Below, in pieces: positions 45,107 through 54,995 of a DNA stretch of 64,000 bases; position 1 is the stretch's first letter, and the number at the start of each line of letters is the position of its first letter. This DNA is from a virus. The stretch covers positions 64,001-128,000 of the IMG/VR virus record IMGVR_UViG_3300025584_000449; one strand, given 5' to 3'. The position numbers were made by a program, and so were the translations under genes. The notes below the pieces were generated by a model. It worked only from the letters and a program-made list of their open reading frames with translations, did not search any database and had not been told where the DNA came from.

Positions 45107-45593
45107 TATACAACTTACTACAGAGTTTATTCCATATGAGGATGGACTTTATGTTGCACGTCTTAGAAAATGGTTAAATGATACCGCTATATTAAATAAG
45201 CTAGAAGAGCTTGAAGAGTGTGAGGATATTGAGCTTTATCATTATATTCAAGATACTATGGACGAAATTAATTATGAGTTTCTGCCAGCAACAAGTTATA
45301 CAGCAATATCAGAAATCCCCTGGAATATAACACGCCAAGGAGCTATACTAAAGCTATTAATGGCCAAAGGAATATTGTCTGCTAGAAATACCTTAACATA
45401 TCAAGATTCTGGCGGAGTCACTGTTCAGGATTATGATAAGTATGGAAGGTATATTAATTTCTTTAATCTACTAATTAATAAGTATTCTAGAGCAGTACAT
45501 AATTTTAAGTTAGCTTCAAATATAGATGATTGTTATGGGGGAGTTCATTCAGAATATGGTATTATTCATGGAGAGGACATATACGACGAGTAA
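45096..45593 (+). CDS. putative head-tail adaptor/neck protein
   Basis: position and helical composition. Confidence 0.45.
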   Translation: MPTNIQLTTEFIPYEDGLYVARLRKWLNDTAILNKLEELEECEDIELYHYIQDTMDEINYEFLPATSYTAISEIPWNITRQGAILKLLMAKGILSARNTLTYQDSGGVTVQDYDKYGRYINFFNLLINKYSRAVHNFKLASNIDDCYGGVHSEYGIIHGEDIYDE

Positions 45594-46381
45594 TGTTAAC
45601 TATAGACACACTATCAATTAGTTCTTTTGACGTAGATAAATTAACTATTTCATGGACCTGGACTGCTTCAAATGAAGATGAGTCTGATTTTGAAATAGAC
45701 GTATATAGAGCAGATGGGCCAGGCACTGCTGGGTCTACTGATGGTTATACATTAGTAGGAAGCGGAGTATCCGCAGCACTGTCGTCATATGATGACACCA
45801 CCATTTCTGGTGTGTATCATTTTGGTAGAACTTGGTTCTATAAGTTAATATTAACAGACACTACAGATGATACTACTTCTGTATTAACGTCTACTCCGCT
45901 ATACGTGTTTTATGAGACTACTGATTTAGTTCATGCTGAAATCTTAAGAAGAAAAGCTTTAGCTCTTAAATATGCTCAAAGAGATATGTATTTATTAAAG
46001 CGTAGATCTTATGGTACAAGATGCACTGAATGTTGGGATGCAACGTTAATGAGAAGTAATGATCCCAGCTGTACCACGTGTCATGGAACTTCTTGGGTAT
46101 CCGGATACTACGAAGCCTTGTTGTTTAAGGGAATGCTCACTCCCTCTCCAAAGTATAATCAGATAACAATGTTTGGTGAATGGATGCCAAGTGATGTTCT
46201 ATTAACTATGTTAAATTATCCGATCTTAACTGTCAATGACGTTGTAGTAGATAATAAAAATATAAGATGGGCAGTTAAAACAGTTAAGAACGTTGAGAAA
46301 AAAGGATATATCATTGAACAAGCTGTTCAACTATCTCGTATAGTTGAGGGTGATATTATATATGATGTAGAGGTACCTTAG
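45593..46381 (+). CDS. putative neck protein with CxxC Zn motifs
   Basis: CTECWD..CTTCHGT; start revised to 45593. Confidence 0.5.
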   Translation: MLTIDTLSISSFDVDKLTISWTWTASNEDESDFEIDVYRADGPGTAGSTDGYTLVGSGVSAALSSYDDTTISGVYHFGRTWFYKLILTDTTDDTTSVLTSTPLYVFYETTDLVHAEILRRKALALKYAQRDMYLLKRRSYGTRCTECWDATLMRSNDPSCTTCHGTSWVSGYYEALLFKGMLTPSPKYNQITMFGEWMPSDVLLTMLNYPILTVNDVVVDNKNIRWAVKTVKNVEKKGYIIEQAVQLSRIVEGDIIYDVEVP

Positions 46382-48048
46382 TGGCCATTCTAGACGTAAC
46401 GCTTGATAATTATGTAAATGAGGGTAGAGTCATTTGGAATAATAATGACTCTGAACTTGACACAAGGCTGTTGTCCGCTCAAACACAGCTAGACTCTCTT
46501 AGTGTCACTTATACTGCACACAACCATAACGATCTATATTATACTAAGTCAGAGATCGATGAGGATTTCTCAAGCGTAAGCGGTAGCTATGATCAGAGTT
46601 ACTATGTGTATAATATATATGCTAGTGGAGTATTATATACTGACATAATAGATTCCTCATCTGATTTAGTTACATTTAACTCATTAGCAGATTTTACAGA
46701 AGGGCTGTCTACCACAGCAATTTACTTCTCCGAGACTCCTGGTATAATCTACGACTACACAGACACAGCTAGAATATCGTTAACAGGGTCTACAGTATAT
46801 CTGACAGGATCAGCTAACTACGTAACCCCTTTACACACTTCAGCTATATATGACATAGCGGGAAATTTACACCTGTCATTAGATGAAGGAATAACAGCAA
46901 ATCAAGATTTAACTTTAGGCACTAATATAATTAAAGAGTCAGATGGAACTATTTCTTTAAATATATCTGGCCATATAGTAGAGTCTCTTGATCCATTAAA
47001 GTTCGAAACAGTTGTAGGCGGTGAAGCAGACAGAACTTATCTGACATTAATAAGCGGTGCAAGCTTAAGTGATGATAGGTTTTATATGAATGCAGCAGCC
47101 AGACTTTATCAGCCAATAGTGTATGATAGATACAACGAGCCTATTGTATCTCTAAGTACTGGCTCAACCTCTTTTTATACTAACTTTTTATATTTAGTAA
47201 GTGAAGATGACACTGATGCTACTCTTCAATTTTCAGTAAATGATACTAATAAGTTAACTTTAAAATATGAATACGATGAAGACGAAAACGAATTATATTT
47301 TGAAGATACTTTAAATATGTCATTTGGGGTTAGCGGAGTAACTTCATTCTCTAATTGTTCGGCAACAACCATACTTGATTCTGAGGGAGCCTCAATAGAA
47401 AGAGGGGTATTAGTTGCTGATGGTAATGGAACATTCCTTACAGAAGATTTAAAAGAGCATCCTGAGTATCTGCCTGATGTGTGGGTACCAATAGGGATAG
47501 TAGGACAAAGTGCAGCAACGTGGTCTGAGGGAAGCGACCCAGACGAGTGGTTAGATTGGTCTGGTAAATCTACCTCATATCCTCCTGCTATGTCTCCTAT
47601 ATCATTTTTATACGCTGGTTGGTATATTAAAAAAGTTGTATATAAATATGGTGATCTAGGGTATCCTACTGATATTCCAATGATGGATAGATATGACGAG
47701 GCTGAAGCACATCAAATATCCTTTAAAAATAAATTGTTCTTGATAACTAATAGTTCAGCAGAACCATCTTTAACAGAAACGGCAATCGAAGATTCGGAAA
47801 CAGACTATATTTATAGATTTGGTCTTCTTGCTGGCGGAACTTACGGTAGTACATGGTATACGCACCAAGTTCAAAACGTTACATTAAACACCCCGTACTT
47901 AATACCGGGCAACACTTATGCGCCATGTTTAAAAACGAAATATGCTGGAATTTTTAGAAGAAGGGCAGCTGGCGGTATAATATATACCAATGGTCAGGTA
48001 GTTAATAATCTGGAAACTTGGGTATTGCTAAGTCCTACTAATACATAG
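46381..48048 (+). CDS. putative virion protein
   Basis: 555-aa S/T/D-rich ORF, GTG start, in tail operon. Confidence 0.55.
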   Translation: MAILDVTLDNYVNEGRVIWNNNDSELDTRLLSAQTQLDSLSVTYTAHNHNDLYYTKSEIDEDFSSVSGSYDQSYYVYNIYASGVLYTDIIDSSSDLVTFNSLADFTEGLSTTAIYFSETPGIIYDYTDTARISLTGSTVYLTGSANYVTPLHTSAIYDIAGNLHLSLDEGITANQDLTLGTNIIKESDGTISLNISGHIVESLDPLKFETVVGGEADRTYLTLISGASLSDDRFYMNAAARLYQPIVYDRYNEPIVSLSTGSTSFYTNFLYLVSEDDTDATLQFSVNDTNKLTLKYEYDEDENELYFEDTLNMSFGVSGVTSFSNCSATTILDSEGASIERGVLVADGNGTFLTEDLKEHPEYLPDVWVPIGIVGQSAATWSEGSDPDEWLDWSGKSTSYPPAMSPISFLYAGWYIKKVVYKYGDLGYPTDIPMMDRYDEAEAHQISFKNKLFLITNSSAEPSLTETAIEDSETDYIYRFGLLAGGTYGSTWYTHQVQNVTLNTPYLIPGNTYAPCLKTKYAGIFRRRAAGGIIYTNGQVVNNLETWVLLSPTNT

Positions 48049-48056
48049 AAATAAAC

Positions 48057-48085
48057 TTGACAAACTATTCAAAAAAGAGTATATT
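48057..48085 (+). promoter_or_regulatory. sigma70-type promoter
   Basis: TTGACA-17-TATATT. Confidence 0.7.
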
Positions 48086-48224
48086 ATTACGATGAGACTA
48101 GTACCAAAAGAAAATGTAACTAATACAGATCAAGACCTTTTAGCTAAATTAAAAGAAGAGGCTAATAGAAAATCTGCTTTAAAGACTTCGTTAACTCCTG
48201 AAATAAGGGATTTGTCAGAGACCC

Positions 48225-49253
48225 ATGACAAGAACAAATATTAACACAGACCATTGGTTTGATGGAGAAATAGTATCTGAATCATCTTGGGTTAATACTA
48301 ATAATGTGTCTCTTGATATAAAGCAGATCTTTACTAGTTTTTGCCAGCAGTACTTTGGGGATCATAGCAAGTTTTTATGGAATGAAGATTTAAGGTCTAC
48401 AGCAATAGTTATAGCAGATAAAAATGCCATAGATCTTGGTATTATAGAACGAATTCCAGGTATTCTAGTTTCTCGTGGAGGAATGCAGTGGGCTTTCTCT
48501 CCTGGCCAAGATCCAGGATTAGGATCTAAATCTGATGGATTTGGAACTGAGGATGGTAAGCAAACTATAAAGGGACCGTTATATAATAATGCAGGATCTG
48601 GTAAACGTTACACAGACATCGTTAGAGGCACTGTAGTATTTAACTGTATATCTAAGAACGGGTTACAGGCTGAAGAGATAGCTTCTGAATTATTTATGGC
48701 GCTAACTGCTTATAAGACAGAGATTTATAAACACGGGATTAGCAGACTAGAGGGCTTAGCTCTTGGTGAAGAACAGATACTGAGGTCTAACTCTGATGTA
48801 GAACTAACTGTAGTTCCTGTTAGACTAACATTTTCTAGTCAAAGAAGTATAGCTCCATCTGAAACATCTTATAATTTAACGGTTGATTTAGGCGATGTTA
48901 GGTTATATGAAACTATACATTACCTCGTGACTCCAGGCACTTTACGGGATTATGTTAGCTTTAAAGTAGCTCCTGAATCAGGAGTAGCTATTTCCGTTAG
49001 TTACTATAGATTAGATGTTCCTGCAACCTCTGTTACTGATACTTTTACAGGGGATGGAACAACGACAGAGTTTTTATTAAGTACGAAGCCTTATGGGTAT
49101 TTTAAGTTATTTAGTGAATATATAGCTACTTTAACTTTCGATACTTATGTAAACACTGTTGGTGATAATGCCGAAGATTACTGGGGCTGGGTTACAGTTT
49201 CCGGTGCCTTTACTGAGGGTGAAGATTCTTACGTAATTTCTGGAGGAAGTTAG
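48225..49253 (+). CDS. putative tail completion/terminator protein
   Basis: upstream of sheath; positional inference. Confidence 0.45.
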   Translation: MTRTNINTDHWFDGEIVSESSWVNTNNVSLDIKQIFTSFCQQYFGDHSKFLWNEDLRSTAIVIADKNAIDLGIIERIPGILVSRGGMQWAFSPGQDPGLGSKSDGFGTEDGKQTIKGPLYNNAGSGKRYTDIVRGTVVFNCISKNGLQAEEIASELFMALTAYKTEIYKHGISRLEGLALGEEQILRSNSDVELTVVPVRLTFSSQRSIAPSETSYNLTVDLGDVRLYETIHYLVTPGTLRDYVSFKVAPESGVAISVSYYRLDVPATSVTDTFTGDGTTTEFLLSTKPYGYFKLFSEYIATLTFDTYVNTVGDNAEDYWGWVTVSGAFTEGEDSYVISGGS

Positions 49254-50044
49254 TGTTAAAAGACTTAGGGTTTGAAAAGCAAGCTGATTTTGAAAAGGAT
49301 GCCTTTTGGGGACTCTTAGCTAGAGCGGGCTCTAAGATTTTACCTTACGCTTTACGTAGTGCAAAAGCTATGAGGCGCTTTGGTGGAAGACCTGTGCGGA
49401 AGAAGATGAGAACTTCTAGTTATACTATGGCTAAAGGTCTTGCTAAGAATCCTTCAAGTAAAACACGACACGGGTTTTTAAGACGTGGTGTTGGTGAGCT
49501 TGGCTTTAATATGGAAACTGCTTTAAGGAGTCCAAGGGCTTATGCTAGAAATCTTTGGACACAGACAGGTACAGCGTCAAGACCTTTACAGAGATCTAAA
49601 GTTACTGGATTGCAAATGCCTTCTTTTTCTAAAGGATTGAGTGGATTAAAGTTCTGGAAAACAAAAAAAATAGATACTACTATGATTAAAGGTGATAAAC
49701 GATTTTATAAAAGTCGTCTTTTTGGAGTTAAAAAAGAGGTAACTGGATTTACAAATGAAGGCAAGGCGTTAGTAAAAAGAGGTCCAGTCACAAGAACTGG
49801 AGCAGTTCTCTCAAGTGGTCCAGCTTTTGGAGCTGTGGAGTTAATACCTGGCAAAAAAGCTGATGGTACAGCAAAATCTTTGGGCAGCCGCGCTGGCCAT
49901 GGAATTAAAGAAACTGCTGCTTGGACTTTAGCTCCAGGGCTAGCCCAAACAGCAATGATTGGAAGATTAGGGTTTGAGGCTGTAAAAGGAACATCAAAAG
50001 CCTTAAAAAAGAAAAAACAAATTAATAATAATTTATATTATTAG
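49253..50044 (+). CDS. basic protein with LGFEKQA/FEKDA leader (putative virion cargo)
   Basis: MLKDLGFEKQADFEKDAFWG; Lys/Arg-rich; Gly/Ala helices near both ends. Confidence 0.6.
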   Translation: MLKDLGFEKQADFEKDAFWGLLARAGSKILPYALRSAKAMRRFGGRPVRKKMRTSSYTMAKGLAKNPSSKTRHGFLRRGVGELGFNMETALRSPRAYARNLWTQTGTASRPLQRSKVTGLQMPSFSKGLSGLKFWKTKKIDTTMIKGDKRFYKSRLFGVKKEVTGFTNEGKALVKRGPVTRTGAVLSSGPAFGAVELIPGKKADGTAKSLGSRAGHGIKETAAWTLAPGLAQTAMIGRLGFEAVKGTSKALKKKKQINNNLYY

Positions 50045-50101
50045 TCGGGTGCTTCTGTTGTAAAACAGGAATTAAATTGATTAAACTTTGGAGGATCCTA
50101 T

Positions 50102-51739
50102 ATGGCGTACGTCAAACCAGGAGTTGAAATATCTCAAATTGAGACTTCTGTTACACCTGTTCTTACTGCTCCAGATTTAGAGACTTGTCTCTTAGGGGCT
50201 GCTTATTATTGGCAGGATCCAACGTTAGATAGTTCTGAATGGAGTGTTGAATATAGTGCTGGTGATGGTACTATGGAGATTCAATTATCAGGTTATAACT
50301 CAGATTATTACAATATCAGCGATAACGATGACGCATTAGTTATTGTTGATGCTTACGTAACATCTGGAGTTCATGCGGGGACTTTATACCACTTTGACCA
50401 AAGTAATGATTATGTAACAGTTTCTTTTGCTACTGACACTGTTACTATCACTTCTGGTCTAGCGCTGCCTTCTGAATTAACAGGTGATGCTACTGATTGG
50501 GTAATACCGTCAGCTAAAATTAAAGTTGGGTATAGATCTCAAAAAACTGATTTAACAAAAATTCAGAATGTCGAAAGAGTTTCAGACATTAGAACAAAGC
50601 TTGGGGAAATTGTTAGTTGGAACCCCTTAGCTTATGGAACATACTTAGCACAAATTAATGCTGGTACTTCTATCAATGCCTTTGCCGTCAGTGGATTTGC
50701 TAGTGACGACTATAGCGCAGGACTTGATGAATTAGAGCCGCATGAAATCTATGCTATTGCGATTATGGAAAGTGCAAATAATTTAGCAACTACATTAAAA
50801 ACTCATGTAGAGGCTCAGTCATTGGCTACAAACAAGCACGAACGTATAGGAATTGTTAACAAAGAAATTGGTAACTCTGACTATATGACAACTAGTGCTG
50901 AAAAAGCCACTATTGCTAATGAAATTAAAGCACAGAATTTCGCCATCGGTAGTAAGAGAATTTTCTCTGTACACCCTGATGTTGCATATGTTCTTGAAAC
51001 TAGACACATTTTAACTGTTGATCCTACTTGGATTGAGAATAGTTTTAGCGACTTTGTCAATCTTTCTTTTAGTACTTATGGAGCTAAAGCAAAATTAGCT
51101 ACTGATATGACTTTAACTGATGGTACAAAATACTGGACAGGAGATTATATTACTGCTGCTATGGTAACTACAATGTTACATAACGGTATTCACTCACTCT
51201 CCTGTTATGTTCCTGTACCTGGATATTACTATTGTGCTGTGGTTGCTGGGCAAGTTGCTGGACAAGCACCTTCTGCTCCGCTAACAAACGTGGCTAGTGC
51301 AGGTATCTCTAAAACTTATGGTTCTCAAGATTACTTCTCTGAAGCACATCTGAATACCATGGGTGAAGGTGGTACTTATATTATGACACAACCTACGCCG
51401 AACTCGGCTATAAGCTCCAGACACCAGATGTCAACAGACATTAGCAGTGTGGCCAAGAGGGAGCTAAGTGTTACAAAGGCATTAGACTTTGTATCTAAAT
51501 TCTTACGTGCTGGATTAAGATCTTATATTGGTAAATATGCAATTACCCCTAATTTCTTAAGAATGTTAACTACAATCTTAAATGGTCAGGGCAGATATTT
51601 AGTAAGAGAAGGTCATGTAAACGATTTTAAGGTTCTTAATGTATTACAAGATCCTATAGGTCCGGATTCAATTTTGGTCGAAATTGAAGTGCAGGTAAAA
51701 TATCCTGCCAATTACATTAAAATCCAGTTGTTATTCTAG
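50102..51739 (+). CDS. contractile tail sheath protein
   Basis: YVKPGV N-terminus; RELSV..ALDFV...YIG; KYPANYIKIQL C-terminus. Confidence 0.85.
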   Translation: MAYVKPGVEISQIETSVTPVLTAPDLETCLLGAAYYWQDPTLDSSEWSVEYSAGDGTMEIQLSGYNSDYYNISDNDDALVIVDAYVTSGVHAGTLYHFDQSNDYVTVSFATDTVTITSGLALPSELTGDATDWVIPSAKIKVGYRSQKTDLTKIQNVERVSDIRTKLGEIVSWNPLAYGTYLAQINAGTSINAFAVSGFASDDYSAGLDELEPHEIYAIAIMESANNLATTLKTHVEAQSLATNKHERIGIVNKEIGNSDYMTTSAEKATIANEIKAQNFAIGSKRIFSVHPDVAYVLETRHILTVDPTWIENSFSDFVNLSFSTYGAKAKLATDMTLTDGTKYWTGDYITAAMVTTMLHNGIHSLSCYVPVPGYYYCAVVAGQVAGQAPSAPLTNVASAGISKTYGSQDYFSEAHLNTMGEGGTYIMTQPTPNSAISSRHQMSTDISSVAKRELSVTKALDFVSKFLRAGLRSYIGKYAITPNFLRMLTTILNGQGRYLVREGHVNDFKVLNVLQDPIGPDSILVEIEVQVKYPANYIKIQLLF

Positions 51740-51751
51740 GGAGGGTAATTT

Positions 51752-52360
51752 ATGTCAAGAACAAAAGCTGATTGGGATTTTAGCGTTGGACATGTACAAG
51801 ATATTGGTGCTATCGATAATTTTGTATCTTCTGAGTCTTGCGTTGTATTAGCTGGTCCTAGCGAGTTACCTGAAAATATTGAAAATTTAATCCCTATTGG
51901 ATTAGTGGAAAATGCTACAGTAACTCAGAATAAACAGCTACAGCAGTTATTTGAAATTGGATCTCGCGCACCATACTTTATTCCAGGGCGTACTTTCGTA
52001 CAAGCCGGGCTTACTAGAGTTCTATTTGATGGTAAGTCGTTATTAAGGGCTCTTTACGAGAATCTTGGTACTACAGAGTATGATGCAATTACAAATCCAG
52101 ATGATATGCCCGGTGCAGACTTTGATGCGTCTGACCCTGAATTAGGCGAAGAGTTCTTCATTAACCTAGCATCATCGTTCTTCAATAAGCCGTTAGGTTT
52201 AGGATTTGTTATACATGATAAAGAGAATGAATCATGGGGTGGTTTCTACTTGGAAGAGTGTTATATCCAAAATCACCAGTTTAGTGTTGCCGCGAACCAG
52301 ACTATTCTTTTAGAGAATGCTGGCTTACGTGCATCAAGAGTTGTACCTATTAAACTTTAG
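51752..52360 (+). CDS. tail tube protein
   Basis: directly after sheath; IGLV...QQLFEIGS...FIPG motif. Confidence 0.75.
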   Translation: MSRTKADWDFSVGHVQDIGAIDNFVSSESCVVLAGPSELPENIENLIPIGLVENATVTQNKQLQQLFEIGSRAPYFIPGRTFVQAGLTRVLFDGKSLLRALYENLGTTEYDAITNPDDMPGADFDASDPELGEEFFINLASSFFNKPLGLGFVIHDKENESWGGFYLEECYIQNHQFSVAANQTILLENAGLRASRVVPIKL

Positions 52361-52385
52361 TAGTTAGAGATTTAAATTTTAGGCT

Positions 52386-52419
52386 AAAAAAAGAGAGGCA
52401 CAAATGTGTCTCTCTTTTT
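52386..52419. terminator. bidirectional terminator between late and replication modules
   Basis: A-tract-GAGAGGCAC/GTGTCTCTC-T-tract. Confidence 0.85.
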
Positions 52420-52421
52420 CT

Positions 52422-52708
52422 TTATTTAAAAGTGTCGTCTTTTCCCCACCTGTCTTTACGCAACAGTAAAGTTATTATTGCGTAATTAGCGAGGTCTGCT
52501 AATGAGTCGTCTATGCTTTCATCGCTTACTTCAGCTTCTTGATTATCCCACATTAGTTGTTTTAGTCTATTTATTTATCAGACATTCTAACAAAACAGCC
52601 CTTCTCTCCAAGTATCTCAATATTGGCTGAGCCGTAGTCGTGGTTTTTCTTCTTCGCTAAGCTGTATAGCTTTTTCTGCATATCCTCAAAATGACTTAGT
52701 GAATCCAA
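52422..52708 (-). pseudogene. DUF1599-like (nucleotide modification-associated) gene with 1-nt frameshift
   Basis: KNHDYG...GCFVRMSDK / INRLK...ESIDDSLADLANYAI; one A missing in GATAAATAAAT near 52572-52578. Confidence 0.7.
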
Positions 52709-53199
52709 CAGTCTCCGATCACAGGTTCTACTTCCATAGGCACTGACGGAGCATAATGATTAAACGCTTTTATCATTTCTAATGATAACATGCCCGCGAC
52801 TTCATCAACTTCATCCTTATGTACTTCTAATAAAATTTCGTCGTGAACTGCGTTGATTATCATAGCATCATATTTGTTATCTCTAATTGATTCACTCGTT
52901 TTCCATAAAGCTCGTTTAGTAACACTAGAACCAGTACCCTGGAATGGTAAGTTTTTAGCAATGTTCATAGCATGGCTATGATGTTTTGGATTATCAAAAT
53001 CCATTGAACTTAAATCTCTTCGTCTACCATCAAGCGGGCTAAATGCGTATCTTAAATCTTCTGCACTGTCGGTAAAATCTTTAATTAGTTTAGCGATTTT
53101 AGGGAAGGTTAAGAAGTAAGATCTTAATAAGCCAGATGCTTCAGGTATTGAAATTTTTAGAACAGCTGATAATCTCTTAGCACCCATTCCGTAAATAAC
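52696..53199 (-). CDS. polA: family A DNA polymerase, exon 2
   Basis: VIYGMG completes motif B; N.P.QG; motif C NAVHDE. Confidence 0.9.
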   Translation of the reverse strand, partial: VIYGMGAKRLSAVLKISIPEASGLLRSYFLTFPKIAKLIKDFTDSAEDLRYAFSPLDGRRRDLSSMDFDNPKHHSHAMNIAKNLPFQGTGSSVTKRALWKTSESIRDNKYDAMIINAVHDEILLEVHKDEVDEVAGMLSLEMIKAFNHYAPSVPMEVEPVIGDCWIH

Positions 53200-53741
53200 C
53201 AGGAACCCTCTGGTTTACCAGAGGCCCGGACTATCCCTTTATGTAACGACCTGTTACTTGGTCTCGTGTGCAATGGTGTTTTTGATGACATTTCTTACAT
53301 AGAACTTCTAAATTTTCTATATTATTATTTTGTCGATTATGATCTTTATGATGAGTCAGGATATTTTTTTCTGACTCACATCGATTACAAGTTTTACCAT
53401 AATATTCAAAAGCCCGTAAACTAAAATTTCTTATTCCGTTTTTATACATGTGGTTATCTTTTCCTGATTGATTACCACCAGAACCACTATATGGTTTTTT
53501 AATTAAACCTTTTTTAATTCTCCACGCGTGAGAGTTAAATGCGTTTCTACATTTATCTGAACAGAATTTTTGTCTACGTTTTGGAAGTACATTGTCACAC
53601 TTTTTACATACTCGTCGTCTAGTCTCTACACTTTCCTGCTTCTTCAGGCTTAGCTCGGGATTGCCACCACCATTATGTGCTGAGGTTTCCCCGAATTTGG
53701 CGAGTTTGTTTTCGGCATTATTTATTTTATTCATTATTCAT
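53200..53741 (-). mobile_element. group I intron in DNA polymerase motif B
   Basis: 5' exon ends in U, intron ends in G; P1 UUUCGGU/GCCGAAA with U-G wobble; P10 UAAAUAAU/GUUAUUUA; P, Q, R, S elements at 53685-98, 53649-62, 53616-31, 53228-39; P9 hairpin; splicing restores KAINFG-VIYGMG. Confidence 0.92.
53231..53734 (-). CDS. intron-encoded HNH homing endonuclease
   Basis: CNRC...THHKDHNRQNNNIENLEVLCKKCH; N-terminal CxxC..FCS..C. Confidence 0.85.
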   Translation of the reverse strand: MNKINNAENKLAKFGETSAHNGGGNPELSLKKQESVETRRRVCKKCDNVLPKRRQKFCSDKCRNAFNSHAWRIKKGLIKKPYSGSGGNQSGKDNHMYKNGIRNFSLRAFEYYGKTCNRCESEKNILTHHKDHNRQNNNIENLEVLCKKCHQKHHCTRDQVTGRYIKG

Positions 53742-54995
53742 ACCGAAATTGATGGCTTTAGCGGCATCACGCTCTTCTTTAGTAATACTATCATAGTTTC
53801 TATTGAACAGGATAGCGGCACAGTAGGCATGCAAATCTTTTCCAGTTCTCAAACATTCAATAAACTTATCTTCTTCACTCATATGAGCTAGTAGTCTAAG
53901 TTCCTGATTTGCGAAGTCCGCTGCGACTATTCTATAGTCTAGATCTTGTGCTGTAAAAGCAGCACGATATACAGCACCTGCTGGTATATTCTGCATATTA
54001 GGTTTGGTACTGGCATATCTACCAGAGTCTGTGTTACCTAATTGCCAGAAACTAGAATGAACTCTACCTGTTACAGAGTTTACATTATTATCTAGAAATT
54101 CCTGTCCGTATGTAGTAACTAATTTCTTTCGTTTTCTGTACTCTAGTAATAGTTTAATTACTGCATGATTTTGTTTTTCAAGTTCTTGTTTATTAGTAGA
54201 GGTTAATGTTACATTACATATCTTAGGCAATAATTCCAACATTTGTTTAGGAGAATCATAATTTACCGTAGGTGACCCAAAAAGATCTACTGAGCAGTGT
54301 GGAGCGAACGCTTCATCCAGCTCAACCTTTAAATCAATAGCGGCCTTTAATGCTATATCTTTTAAGGCAAGCCATCTTTTTCTATCTAAGTGTATACCAT
54401 TCAATTCTAACTCAGCCGTAGCCCGCACAGTAGAATTTTCTAAATGGGCTAGTTTACTCATATCTCTTTGTCTGATAAACTTGTCCAATTTAGTATGCAG
54501 CGGTAATAAGTATTTAACGTCATCACCAGCATACTTAATTTGTTCCTCTGAAAATTGATCACCAAACTTCATACCTACGAAGCTTTTCTGTAAATCCTTA
54601 GAGACAGTCTCTCCAAGATATTTATCTACTACTGCGTCAAAACTATGTTTTGGTATGTTTTTACCCTGTGTCAACAAGTAATCTGCTAATAATGTGTCTT
54701 TCATATTTAAAAGATCAATGTCAAAATTAGCCCTGGTCATAACATAGTCAAACTTAGAGTTGTGTGCTACTTTAGCAGTATCAGGCTTTGCTAGTAATTC
54801 TAGAACAGGAAATATACTAGTACCAAGTCTCGCAACATCTAGTACATACTGAGTATGCTCGGTGCCTATTTGTATTAGAAGTACTTCATTCGTATGAGGA
54901 TCTAGTCCATTAGTTTCTACATCATACCCGATTATACCTCTAGTTTTTATAAACCTCTCTACTATTGGCACATCTTCTGGTTTTGAAATAAACAT
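53742..54995 (-). CDS. polA: family A DNA polymerase, exon 1 (3'-5' exonuclease + polymerase)
   Basis: ExoI YDVET, ExoII HNSKFD, ExoIII YAGDD, motif A DFANQELR, motif B KAINFG. Confidence 0.92.

Noticed and set aside
53727-53741. MNNE* as the true end of a stand-alone polymerase ORF
   Set aside because: These codons are the first 15 nt of the group I intron; splicing continues the protein.
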